In this document: one piece after another, positions 12,705 to 26,600 of the stretch
Layout: each line of letters begins with the position of its first letter
Position numbering within the stretch: the first letter of the stretch is position 1
Origin: Vairimorpha necatrix
Taxonomy: Eukaryota
Direction of reading: 5' to 3'
Assembly: GCA_036630325.1 (NCBI GenBank)
Contig: CP142726.1
Location: 1-64,000 of the forward strand
Length of the DNA: 64,000 bases
The notes under the pieces: model-generated
Databases searched by the model: none
Seen by the model: the letters and a program-made list of their open reading frames with translations, nothing else
What the model was told of the DNA's origin: nothing
Program-made: the position numbers and the translations under genes

Positions 12705-15700
12705 ATCATTCTTATTACTTTATAGAATTTTATATCTTATATACGTTTTTATGATAATTTTATTTTTAAACTCTTTTAATAATTTTTATATAGAATGACA
12801 GTCTTCAATTTGGTATTTATATAATGTTCTAATTATTTATAACTTTACATTTGAAATATTTTGTTTTACTGATTCATCTTAATTATAACTGTAAACAGTA
12901 TATATGATAATTTGGTATCTATTTATTTTAATATATTATCTAAAGTTGAATGTTAACTAATAAAGACTTTCAAAACTGTTTTTAAACTTTGTCTGTATCA
13001 GTGTCAATATATACTTTATATGACAGATATGTAATTGCAATCAATTACGTATGCACAAACTTTCAAATCTTATTATATGCTAAATTTCTTATCTAATAAA
13101 TTCGCTTTTCAATTTTTATAAATTTTTCGTAAATGTTAATGATCCTTCATTAGATATTATTTCTAGACATTCTCTTCTTTTCTCATAATATTACTCTCTT
13201 CTTGATTTTTATTTATTTCCATGTAAGATAAGAGAGAACCATTACATAGAATTTTGTTAACAATGAATTTAACCTCATATGTTTTGTGTAGGTAGTTTAT
13301 TGATAAATACCAATTTGAATTCTCATACAAACTACAGAAAGTACATATTGTAAAATTTTATGTTTCAGAACATATGTTTTTATCTTTTTTTTGTCATTAC
13401 ATCGTCAAGATTCACTGCTGATAAAAAAACTAATACTTAAAAAAAATTCTAAATTGAAAAACCATGTACATAATACTTACACAAATGTCACTTATCATTA
13501 CATGAATCTTTTACGCGACTTCTTACATTTCTAAAATTCGATCCTGCTTTCTACAAACTTCTTTGATCACCAGTTATTCGAATTTTGGAAAATGGGGATA
13601 AAGAATCGTATAAAAGAAAAAAAGATGATCCTAGATAAATTCTTCTAGTCGTTAATTCACCATAGACAAATTTCATTAAACACTGCATCAGAAATGTTTT
13701 CTAAAAAACTGGCCTATTTTTTAAAACACGGTCGATTTAAACATCAATTTTATTTCTAGTTATAAGTGAAGTTGTTCATTAATAGTAAAGTTCTATTTTT
13801 GTATTTTTTGAAGCTCAGTGTTATATAAAATTTTTTAATGATTTCCAAATAAACTTCTTCGTGCGGGGAACGAAAATTTTTTTCAAAAAACCCGAAATTA
13901 GAAAGTCATTGTACAAAAACGATGGGTTTTAATGTTTTTTCTAGTGACGTTAATCTAAAATATAAAGGACTGGATATCATTTTTATCTCATAAATATTTT
14001 TAAAATGTTCTACATATTCAGTGTCTACTACAAAAAATATAATTTTAAAATTTATTATAAAAAGCTACTTTATACAAAATTACTTATTATTTTTTATACA
14101 ATAATCATCTCTAATTTATATAGAAAATTCGGTTTCAGTTTATTAATACTCTATATGAGAATTTTCCTTATATTACACTATTTATTATAAAATTGTATCA
14201 GAAAACGGTTTGTTATTATGTATTGAACATAATATTTTTTATCGACTCTATATATATTGCTGATACAAGTTTTATATTCAAATTTATTAACTTAAAAATT
14301 TCTACATAGATAGTTTTATGTATAAAGTCCAAGTTATTTTTGATTTTTAAAGAGTGTGTTAAATTTGTATCATTTTGATCCTTGTATTATATTTATATTG
14401 TCGATACGTTTCTTGTCATTTTCAAATAATAATTGAAAAATATTTATACTTAAAATTATTATATTTTACATAATGTATTTTTTTACTAAGAATTTATCTT
14501 ATTTTTGATTTTACACAGATACATTGAATCATGCGGCTTAACATAATATTCTAAACTTATAACAAGTTGATTATATTAATTCGACATGAATTGTAGGTAT
14601 TAAGCGTATTTCATCTAGGTTTTATAAGGTAGTTTTCATATTTACTTAAGGTCTAGATTTTATCTTCAATGATATTTATTAAAACAATACATCTCTATTA
14701 AATAAACAGTACTAAATACAATCTAAAATTCAAAAATTATCAAACATTAAACTTGTGTTTTGTTATACGATAGAAGATTTGGTTTGAATTTACGGAACGA
14801 ACAAATAATAATGACAGTATTACTATTTTAAAAATGATATAAAAACCTTGTCCTTTACACGGGGAAGAAGCTATTGATTCATCTAAAATAAATAATGGAC
14901 TGTTTTTTCAAAGAAATTGATTCTTTTATTTTGTAAATATTAATTTCTCGCATATATATATTTTCGCCCTTAATATTATAAATGGCTTGAACATAACATC
15001 AAAATTTTTATTGCAAGAAACGACATTTCGATAATCTTTCATCTAGGGATTTGTTTTTCTGCCAAAAAAATTGTGTACGGAATTTGGTTTTAGAAATTAG
15101 AAATAAGGACGAAACGAGTTAATTCGTTTTCTGCATACTTTATTTTGTTTCAAATTTTATTAAAGTAATATAATGTGTATATAGATTCTTTTTTCTTTTT
15201 TTATAGAACATAAATAAAATATGTGCATTTTTTATAAAAATTTAATTTACAACCAAATCAATCCCAGAAAGGTTCAGTCAAAATTTATGTCTGAAATTAT
15301 TAAATCCAAGGTATACTATCTAATGTGAACATTAAATTTGATTTAGTGTACAGTTTTATAACTATTTTAAGATCTACAATCTTTTTATTTGTTTTCTTTT
15401 CTAAACAATATATCGTTCTCTTCTCTATTTGATTTGTGTATGATTTAGATAGTCTAATTATATGAAAACAAAAAGTATATCTATTAGGGGTGTAATTCAA
15501 AAATATATCAATTCAATTGTTTTAAAGATATGTTATATTTAAATGATCATTCACCCCATCTTATGAAAAATATTTTCATCTCTGGAATATTCAAAAAATA
15601 TAGTATCCCAAAATGAATTTTTTCCATTTTTAAGATTATATAATTTTACAATAAAATGTTTACGTAATGAAATCTAAACATATCAAATATTAATTTGCGG

Positions 15701-18383
15701 AATTATATCACTTTATTGTATATATGTTGTAAAAAATGATTTTATTTATATTCAAATGCACAAATAATTATAATATCGTGTTTCTGACTTTATATTTCCT
15801 TTATTTTTCAACTTTTGTTCATTTTACTATCTTAAATAACTGATTATTTGTCTTCTATTTTTGGTTTTGTAAGTCAAAATTACTATATCAGTCCTATAGA
15901 ATAAAGTTAATAGTATATTCACACTGACTTTCTATTCTTAGAGGATAAATGAAACGTGAATTTTATTTTTTAATTTTCTCTAATTTTGTTTTTAGATTTT
16001 AACTATTATATTGCCAAAGAGAACAATTATTTAATTGAATACAATACTTAATTTTTATCAATTGGGTTCTTAATAATTTGTTTATTATTTTTACATAGGG
16101 AATATTTTTTCTTTATTAATTAATCGAAATTATCATAACTCAGAAACTTAAAATTATCTTATGTTATATTATTAAAATACGTTTTTGTTCATTATGTTAA
16201 GTCTGTACGAATAAAATATATGATGTAATTGATTCGGTGTATTTCATTCTTTTATAGATAGATACATATGATTGTTGCAATAAATATGAACTTATAACCA
16301 AGATTTTTATATCTTAGAATATTATGTATATTTATATTAAGCACTTGCCATGTTTATAATATCTACACGTATCTTAGTAAAAATTTATAAATTTTGTTGG
16401 CATTTTGAATTTCTAGTATCATTTAATTTTTATTTTATTTTATATATAGACTTCGAGGTTGATTTACGCCCTAAAGAAGGAATATTGTTGTTTTCTTTAA
16501 TGTGTTCATTTTTTCTGCGCTTTTCGATCCTTAATGTTTAATTTTTCTTAGTCTTTCACTAAAAGTTTCTTGTTTAAGTAAAATGCTAATGACTAATTGG
16601 AGATATTTAAAACACAAGAAACATTTGTTGAAAAAATCTTTATATGTCAACATTACATATATATATATATACCTGCTCATTTTGCCAAGTAAAGTCAATG
16701 ATTTCTTTAGTCTATCGATGTCCAATCAATAATGGCTAATGCTCAGGGCAGGTCACGTCTCAGTATGCAAATGACTCGTCACACATAGATTATTCAATTT
16801 TAGTAGTATTGATGGGGAATCTGTTCGAAATACAAATTTCTTAGATTATCTAAGTTCGATTATATAGATAAATATTTATATAACAATGTATTTAACAGTG
16901 TTTGTTGATTAAACTAATTTTTTATGTTTCTCTATTATATATATACTAACTTTACTTTGTTTGCAAGCGATAGATATAATTATAATTTTTCAATTGCAAA
17001 AAATATTAAATTTACTTTTGAAGTTTGGTACTTACAATACTGTTTATTCTGAATTTTGATATCATATTATTTTTGTCTTGTCAATATTATTATCTCTTCT
17101 TAAATATATATATACATATACAAATACATCTCTTCTTAATAATTAGTTAGTCGTTTAAAATGTCAAGAATAATTACTTTCAAGCCTTCATGATATAGCTA
17201 AGTTCTTTTGTAATGATCTATTTTGGGGTGATTAATTTCCTCAGTTAATTATCATGATTTTCTTCTTCATTTTATTACATTGTATATTTACTTGTTGTCC
17301 TTGAAAGATCTAAAATTTAAATCTCTAAAATTAGAAATTATTGCATTTTAGACTAAATATTTTTTCATAATTTTCTTTTCTGTCTTATTGTATATATATA
17401 TATATATATATATGTATATAGAATTTTCCTCATTTAAAAAATGAAAATTTCAAAACTCTAAAATTCAAAATTATTGCAATTTAGACAAATATTTTTCATG
17501 ATTTTTATCAACTTCTTATTTTTGTATAAATGTGTATATGTTCTTTTCATCAATAAAGAAAGAAAATCAAATTATGTCATTTTAGATATTTTTTTTATGA
17601 TTTTATTCTTATTCTTGGTGTTTGAATATATATACTTGTCATCCTTGAAAAATTAAAAACTTGGAAGTTCAAAAAACAAAATTTTGACTTATAGCCTATA
17701 TTTACTTTAAAATTTCAAATTTTTGGCGAGGAGAAGAGAAGATGATATTAAACATAAACTCAAAAGAAATTGAGTTAAAAATTCAATTGATATAAGGTAT
17801 TTCTACTCACTTAACTATTACCGAATACTTGCGCTTCACTATCTCCGACGTAACCATTTAGATTTGATGAGAATATTTTTATATAAAGCCTCTAATCGCG
17901 TCATTAAATCGATAAATATATTAAAATGAAGATTTTAAAAACTCTGTATAGATTTATCGCATTAATATAAAGTCTATATAAAATAAATCATCTAGATCCC
18001 AGATGGCTCTTTCTCTTACTCAGAACACTAAAAGCAACCTTATTAAACTTCTTTGTCACTAATGAAATAATTGAACAGATCACATCTTATACTATATCTT
18101 GTTTGTATAAAAACAAACTTCATAAATTTCTACATCAAGAGTGCCATAATTTTCTTTTAGATCCCTATAGAATAAACAGCTATGGTATTTGAAACACAGA
18201 AGGACAAATTATATGTATTAAAATTCGAATTGTAAAAATATTTTAGAAATTAATAATCAATTCATTACAAGAGATACTTTTCATAATATTTGTTTAGTCT
18301 ATAAATTTTGAAATATTATATTTAGTGACGTCTGTATGCCCAACAGCATCTATTTCTACACAGTGAATATAAATTTAAATTTT

Positions 18384-18454
18384 ATTGCCACCGGGAATCG
18401 AACCTTGGACCTTCGATATTTCAAATCAATGTGCAACCATTCTGCGAAGGCCAC
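18384..18454 (-). pseudogene. tRNA-Phe(GAA)-like pseudogene or tRNA-derived fragment
   Basis: Minus strand: D-like CGCAGAATGGTTGCA, anticodon arm TTGAT-TTGAAAT-ATCGA (GAA), T-loop GGTTCGATTCCCGG. The acceptor stem does not pair and the T-stem has mismatches. Confidence 0.55.
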
Positions 18455-19212
18455 TTATTTAAAATTTTTGTTATCCTTTAAGAAAACCAATTATAGTTCA
18501 ACTTTATCTTATTTTTGTTTTCTTTCTATACATAAAGAAAAATTTCAAATAAGTCAAATTGAAAGATCATTAAGCGATTTAACCAAATAATAGAATAATT
18601 TACAATATTAGTTTTCTGCTTTCTTATATAAAATAAAATTATATAAGATTTTCTTTGATCCAAATATACATTTCTATATATATATACATGTTATACTAAA
18701 AAATAGTAAACATTTTACACTGCAAAAACAAGTATATGTCCTATATTATATACAAAATACTTTCATATGTGACCGCACATTTTAAGATTTACTGGCATTG
18801 TATTTCAATTTCTCCATTATATCTGGCAATTTTGTTATTCTTATTTTCCAAACCCTCTAAAGTAAATGTTTTTAAATAATTTTTTCAACAAGTTAAAACT
18901 TTCATTTGTAAGAATATGATTGGTAAGTATTTTATCTGCTACAACTATATATCAACTACATTCTTTTATTCATTCTACTACAAAATAATAAAAACATATT
19001 TATGTGATTTAACTAATATTCTTTATTGAGATTTTGTTTTTCTTAGATACTGTGATGTACATTACTACAACACATGGACAGATGTCAAAAATATATCAAC
19101 CGTTTTGAAAGGCATGTCAAGTTGGGTCACACAATCAAACGAAAGTTGCATGGTCGTTACTACATTCGTAAGTACGCCAATGTTTGTGTTTAGTGTTGAC
19201 AACATATAAAAG

Positions 19213-19540
19213 ATTTATTGAGTTAATTTATCATTAAAGTTAGATTGTTCAGTTTCCCTCGGTATCGTCCACTAGATTCGGCTCTTCATAGACTTTGGTT
19301 TCTGTGGAATTATTTATGTTTTTCAACTCCAAATTTATCAGCTTCATTCTCCTATACCGACATCGCTTGTTCAACAGTCGCCATATTCGCTAGTGCGCTT
19401 ACAGCTCTAACCACTTCTTCTTCTTCTTCTGCATAATCTTTATCGTATCTTGTTCGTCGTTCCAAAGAGATGCTTTCTGGTAATTTTCTTCATCACATTA
19501 GACTGGATGTATGCTTCCAGAAATGTTTAGATTTCTGCAG
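19213..19540 (-). mobile_element. 5'-truncated non-LTR retrotransposon, 3' fragment (same family as 34600-35231)
   Basis: Colinear nucleotide similarity with 34600-34900 (gccatattcgcta..gcgcttacagctcta..cacttcttcttc; tagactggat.tatgcttccag) and a terminal AATAAA. Confidence 0.85.
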
Positions 19541-21718
19541 AATGCAAATAAGATTTTAAAATATTAATATATATGTACACAATAATAATATAGTTTAGAA
19601 ATAATGAATTCCTAAACTTTTAAAATTTTACAACTGTAAGTATTATTTTGGAAAAAATATTTTATTTTGACATTACGATTGATTTTTAGTAAAAATTTAA
19701 TTAAATTTTGAATTTCTTCAAAAATGTCAAGAGAATTATAAAAATTTAAAGGCCGTATTAAATTTCAAAAAATATTATCTGGTCATCTTTTTAATTGAGT
19801 TGTTACTCTGTAGACAAAGAAAAATTAATAATAAATTTCAAATAAAGATCACTGAATAAAATGTAATTAACATTTTTGTTTAGTTTTTGATTGTATATTT
19901 TTTTAATTAATTTATAAAGTAAAATTTGTTTTATTTTTGCTATTAAATCCTTTAAATTCAAAATCTACGCTCTTTTCTATATTTTGTTTATTTTAAATTT
20001 CCCTCCTAAAATATTAAATAAAATTTTTTTGTTTATGGGCAATGAGAAATCAAAGATTGGATTGTGCAATAAAGAGATAAGACAAGTTTGGAATGACAAT
20101 GAAGTTTTGTGAAATTAATACTACTATAAATAGAGTATTATAAAATATCACATCACAAGACAGTCAATTTTTTTTCTGATAGTGTAATAATCTCTATAGT
20201 TTATGCTCATGATCTTCTATCAACAAATGATTTTTATACGAATTATATACTTCAGAAATTTGAGTACCGTTAGTTATACCAACTTCAATGGACAAGACCT
20301 TATAGCGCTTGCGCATCCCACGTGTCGCGAGAAGTTGAAAAGTTGGAATACAGATGTATACTCAAATTTCCGAAGTATTAAATTGTATAATAATCATTAG
20401 CTGATAAATAAGAATATAACCATAACATAAAAAAAATTACATTAACAGTGAAAACCACGGGCTGCCACAAGGATTTTAATTGCACTTTTTAGTTTAATTA
20501 TATAGAAGCTCTTCCGCTACATGTCCTTTACCCAAATTTAGTCATATAATCTATTGATAAACATAAGGTTTCTCCGGTCATATATTTCTAGTCCGTAGAA
20601 AATAATGATTTTAATGATCGCATTTATGCCTAATTATTGCTTAATCAAACATAAGTATGATTATTGCATAATCATTGAGAAGAATGTATGCGAGAACTTC
20701 TATAGATATAAGTTTACCATTACCTGAATAAATGATTCAATTATTAAAAGGGATATTAGAATTAAGATCAAAATTATGAATATTAGATTATTTAAAAACA
20801 GTTTTACTTAGAATAAAGGTGCAATTTTAGACATTTCGACTATTTAAATAATTTTACTTACTAATATTATTTATAGAACATCAGTCTGATGAATTGTGTG
20901 ATATGTGTAAACAAGAATATTTTGATGATTATTTTAGTTTTTTTATTTATGATTATAAGAATTTAAATAGATAATCTATGAAAACTTTTAGAATGCTTAA
21001 AATTTTTTGTGTCTCTTCCATGTACTGATATAAATAAATGTGAAAATTCAAAACGTTATCACGTTTAGTGTTATAACACTATATGATAAACAATGAATTT
21101 TTTTAATTAGGAAATATTTATAATTATACCTATTTCTCAATTTGCTTTTAATTTAGAACAGATGTATAAGGATAAAATTATAGAAATATCGAAAACAAAA
21201 TATTAAACAAAAAAGTATTTTATATATACAATAGAAATTGTTATTAATGAGGTTTTTATATAAAAGATAAACAAAAAATATTAGTACAAATTGTTGAGTC
21301 CTTTTTACTTTTTTTTGATCTACTACTGATTTAACGAGTAAATATTATACGATCAGATATAAAATATTTTCTTTAATAGAAAGATACTAACATAACAATC
21401 AGATATATATATATATATATTTCGTTTTAATTGAAGGTGATCCACTCATCTCCTGAACAGGTTTGCCAATATTAATATATATATTGAAAGTAAGTTTTTC
21501 AAAAACTATCCTTTATTAAAAGTAATTTTGATCTCGTAAAATCATGAGATATCTTAAGATCAAGATGTTATAACTAATTTTATATCCTATATTGGGTCGC
21601 GAAATTCTATGCTATACTACCATAAGATATCGTTGAAATATAGTTATATTTCGACATAAAAATAAATGAATCTAATTAGGGTATGCTTATTGTAATTTAT
21701 ATTTATAGTTCAACAAGG

Positions 21719-21820
21719 ATAGGTTCCGCGTTAGCGTCTCCTGCTTGTAGGTTGCTTCTCATCTCCATAGTCCTTTCCACATCTCCATCGGTAGTCCAGA
21801 GAAATGCTTTGTAGCGTGAT
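21719..21820 (-). mobile_element. Extreme 3' fragment of a non-LTR retrotransposon
   Basis: Encodes TLQSISLDYR (compare ALESIFLERR at 34.8 kb). Its terminus is identical to 12002-12026 over 25 bp. Confidence 0.6.
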
Positions 21821-23194
21821 CATTTGAATGTTATTTCGACATAACATAATTTTTGTAAATATGACAATTCTTATTCAAGCTTATTTTTTTAGAAATTCTC
21901 ATTAATTTATGCAAAAAATTATATATAATTATATAATATAATTACTTGATTCTATAAGATCTTATTTATTTGAAATATGTCAATTTCTTTATTCTTATAA
22001 TCATGCCTTCTTTGGAATTTTTTTTTAATTCTTTTTGTAGCCCTTTTGTGAATAATGATTGATCATTATTTGATTTGCCACGATAATATCTACATTTTTG
22101 TATGAAAATTATAATTTTTAGAAAATTTAAATGTTAAATTCATATATACGTACTTATGAGATTTTTCTATTTTTCTTAATAGAAATTGTGTTTATTTACG
22201 ATACATTAATATAATCGCTCCCTCGTATTAAATAAATAAAATATAAAATCTTTATAATATTTTAATTTCGTTCTATATTATATTAAAGTGTTGTATTTTT
22301 ATACAGTATTGTTTTCCAATGGGGTATTGGTTGTTTTTTATCCACGATTATATTCTTTCTAATGTACCTCGATGTATTTCAATAATAAGAATTCATCTTT
22401 AAATTTAAAAAATCTTTGTTTTTGATTTATACACAAATTATATTCTGATTTGTTTAATTTAAAATCTATTTATTCTATGTGTTGATACCGGCAATAATTA
22501 TATAATTGAATGTTTTAATTACATAAAAATACCTATATAATATTTGTTACCATATAGAAAGTTCTATTATTTCAATACAATTATTTTTACTGCATCTATA
22601 TTTATGTATATTTTTCTTGATTTTTAAGTTTTTTATTTTGTACTTTTATATATATATATATGCAGATAGATACCCTTTAAAAAAATTTAAATTATGTATA
22701 TAATAAAGGGTTTAATTAGAGTAGAAAAAACTTTACAATCTAATTACATATACTACATAGTTATTTTTACTAGTTTTTATGAGATGTCAATTTCTCCTTT
22801 TTTCGTGTTCATTATCTTTCTCATGTACAAATATACACAGAGACTTTCCATTAGCCATAAAATTAGAATTATTGCTGATACTTAAAGACTTGTATATATA
22901 TTTAGATGTAATTGTAATTAAAATATAGATTTTTTCTGAGAGTTTTTAAAATATTTAATCATTATAATAAAAATTTTTACCAATTAGTATACATTTATTA
23001 ATTTTGTTCTTATGTTAGAATGTTAAATCGTAAAACACCCACGGTTACGCTAGAAACTTTTAGAATCATTCTGTTTTAAAATCTTCATAATAAAGACATA
23101 CTTTGATTTTCTTTTAGAAAAAATAAATCATATAAACTAATAAGTACGCATATATATACACAGATTCCTTGTTATCACATAAGACCGTACAATT

Positions 23195-23670
23195 ATATGC
23201 ATTTTTAGATGCTCAGAATTTTTATATTTTTCTAGATTTGTCTTCTTATACATATATACAAGAAGGAGATGGAAAATGGCAAATTTCATAAATGCTTTAA
23301 CAACAAAAAAAGATACTCAAAAAGTACTTGTATAACAATTATATGAAGTTATATGCATTTTCAGCTGTTCTTAATTTTTTCATATTTTTCTAGATTTGTC
23401 TTCTTATACATATATACAAGAAGGAAATGAAAAATTATCAAATTTCATAAAAGCTTTAAAAACAAATAAAGATACCCAGGTGTCATTTATAGAACAATAA
23501 TGTGTATTTATATGCATTTTCAGCTGTTCTTAATATATTCATATTTTTCTATATTTGTCTTCTTATATATATACAAGAAGAAAATGAAAAATTATCAAAT
23601 TTCATAAAAGCTTTGAAAACAAATAAAGAAAAAAAAAGTACCTGTATAACTATAATATGAATTTATATGT
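23195..23670. repeat. ~158-bp tandem repeat, 3 copies
   Basis: tcta(g/t)atttgtcttcttata...caagaag recurs at 23231, 23389 and 23548. Confidence 0.88.
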
Positions 23671-26600
23671 AGTTAGATATTCTAAATTTTACGACATTGT
23701 TATTTCCTTCTTATATGTTTATTAAGCTATAGTTACTTATCTATAAAAAAATTTGAAATTATTTTTCTTTAAAAAATATCATCAAGACAATCAATACTTC
23801 TAACTTAACATACATATACTATAAATGTTAATTTTTTTTGTTTAGAAGTAAAGTTTTTTTCTTCTTCTTTTAAGTTCATTATCCTTCTTATATATACATA
23901 TACATCTTTACAATTGATTTTTTAAATAGAGTATAAGTTCTGTTTTTCCGAGTACCCCAATGATTTGAATATATTAACCAATATTTCGATACAGTATGTT
24001 TCTGTTTGTTGTTAAAATACGTTATGTTAGGGCTTTTTTAATAATTTCGCTTCTTAGTGTATATAGTATATTATTAATTTATAATTACAATTTAAAAGGT
24101 TGAATTTCTACATTTACACTATTAAAAAATTATGGTTATTTATTGACACAACTTCTTCATACATCGATCATCTAAAAACTTTAAGGGACTAACAAACCAT
24201 AATTGATGATCTAAATATACAAAAATATAAATAAATAGAAAATACTTTGCATTGCTTCGTTTTGCGAACTTTAATTGTTTCAAAAGTTAAAAATTAGATT
24301 TTTTCTAGATAGTAAATACCTAACCTACCTACCTCTCCCTCCCAATGAAATGTATATTTACCTACATAATCTAATCATCTAAGTACCTTCACTAATTCTT
24401 AAACTTTTTCTTAACGAAAACTTATCATAATTATTAATCGAATGTATATATACATACCAAAGTATATATTCTACAAAACATATTATGCTTTATTTCCTGA
24501 TTTTTATTAAGAACTTTGAATTATTTATTGTTTCAATGAGAATATTTTTTGTTATTTTGGCTGAATAAACGAAACTAATATATCTTTAAACAGCCTTTAA
24601 GTTCTTTACAATGTTAATTGCAAATATTGTAAATTTACATTTTCGATAAACAATTATATTTGAAAATATAATATTTTGTATACAAGATGGATATCAATTT
24701 AAAATTTTAATTTGTCTCAATTTATAAATTTAGAATATATTATTATACGTCATGCCATAAGACAAAATACCACAGCAAATATAAGAATTCATCAAGCAAA
24801 AGACTAATAAAAGTAAAATTTTAGGTAAAAAATATAAATAGCATAAATTAGCGCGCTTTTTTTTAAACCCTGATAAGACTTGCAGAAATAATTTCTTTAA
24901 ATAAGAACATAGTATTGGTAGATAATGGTGTACCGCAAAAAAAGCGCGCAACTGCGGAGGTCAATTGAGGAAGAACATTACATTTTTATGCTCTAATAAA
25001 AAAGCATGTATAGTTTTTTAACTTATTTATATAATAAAAAAGTCAATCACAGTGTTTGACATAAAATATTATGTGAACTGATTTGGATCATAAAGAATAT
25101 TATCATATTATAATATCTTTTTGTGGCTGTGTTGAGAAATATATGCAGACATTTAACTTTAAGGTATTTTTGAAAGGTTAAGGGGTGTCAATCATCGTTG
25201 TACTTAAAAAAGATTTAGTTTATAAGAGGTAGACGATCGTAAATTAAAGTTTTTTTGCATACAACTCCAATAGAGTTTGGTAGAAACCAAACGCATGAAT
25301 CTCAAAAAACAAGCAAACGAATCTAGATAATTAATCATTTCTTTAAGTTGGCATTTCTAATATTTTTTTGTATCTTAATTTGATATACGAAGTTCTTTCT
25401 CAAAAAACTTTTTTTTAGTTGTTATGAAATTTTCACAAAAAATTGTTTTTATATTTATTAAGTAGCTTTATATTTAACATGAAATATTTTTTTTTTTTTT
25501 TTGTATATAATTCTAATTTGTTGAATAAATTGAATATAGTATATAATAGGTTTTTTTTGATTTAGATTTTATTTCAAATTTATTTTAAAAAAATGCACAA
25601 AAAGGCGGACAATTTCTAGATAGTTTGATGATACTTGCAAAATAGTTGCGTCTTAATGTGATATGTCTGAATCTTATTTGATCAAAAAAACATATAAAGA
25701 CTTGTGATATATTCTTTGCATATACTTGATAATCTTCTTTTATTCAATAGAGCAAATGAATTTACAGCGATATTGTTAATATTAGCCTTTAAATTTGTCA
25801 TTTTCATACCAAAAAGTATTTTATATAGTTTTATGTACACCTAAATTAATTAAAAATATTTCGACTTGTCAATATTATGATAAAGAAAAGTTGTGGCATT
25901 AGAATATATAATTGAAATATATCGATTGTGGTTTTGAAAAAAGTCGATGTATACTAATTGTTTATGCTCTGTTTTGTTATGAAAGCATAAAATATTATAT
26001 ATACTCTTCCATTTATTCTAATAATTAAATTTTATAAACTGTACTGAAGCAGCTTTGTTTAATAAAAATATTTTATGCAATCGGTTGTATATAATTTATC
26101 TTGTTATTTTTTATTACATCTTATTTACTAGCGTTTTGGGACAACTAAATTTGGACTTTAAATATATTTCTTTATAGAATAAGATTTTTAGAAGAAACTA
26201 TTTTTATTTTTATTAAACTTATTTCTTGTCACGTGTCTTGTTTTATGATTTTAAAGGATTTATTATAATTTTTTTTATTAAATATATCGTTTCAAATATC
26301 TTTTCGGTCAAATCATCTAATTTATTTAGTAAATATATATCTTATCTTGTATTTTCCTAATAGTTAATTTGTGATAAAATGTTTACTATTTTAAATATAA
26401 ATAAAAACTAATGTTAGAAATTTTTACATATTACAAGATCTTTTATCGTCTTTTTGCTATAAATGAAAAAGATATTGAATGATATTCCATTATTAAATTA
26501 TTAAAATTTGTAAATTTTACATATTTTATTAACACTCATAACTTTATATTATATAAATATTTATTATCATATTTAATTCAAACTTTACTTAAAAAATTAA

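Noticed and set aside
24318-24333. Interstitial telomere-like cctaacctacctacct
   Set aside because: Too short to distinguish from chance or a minor repair scar.
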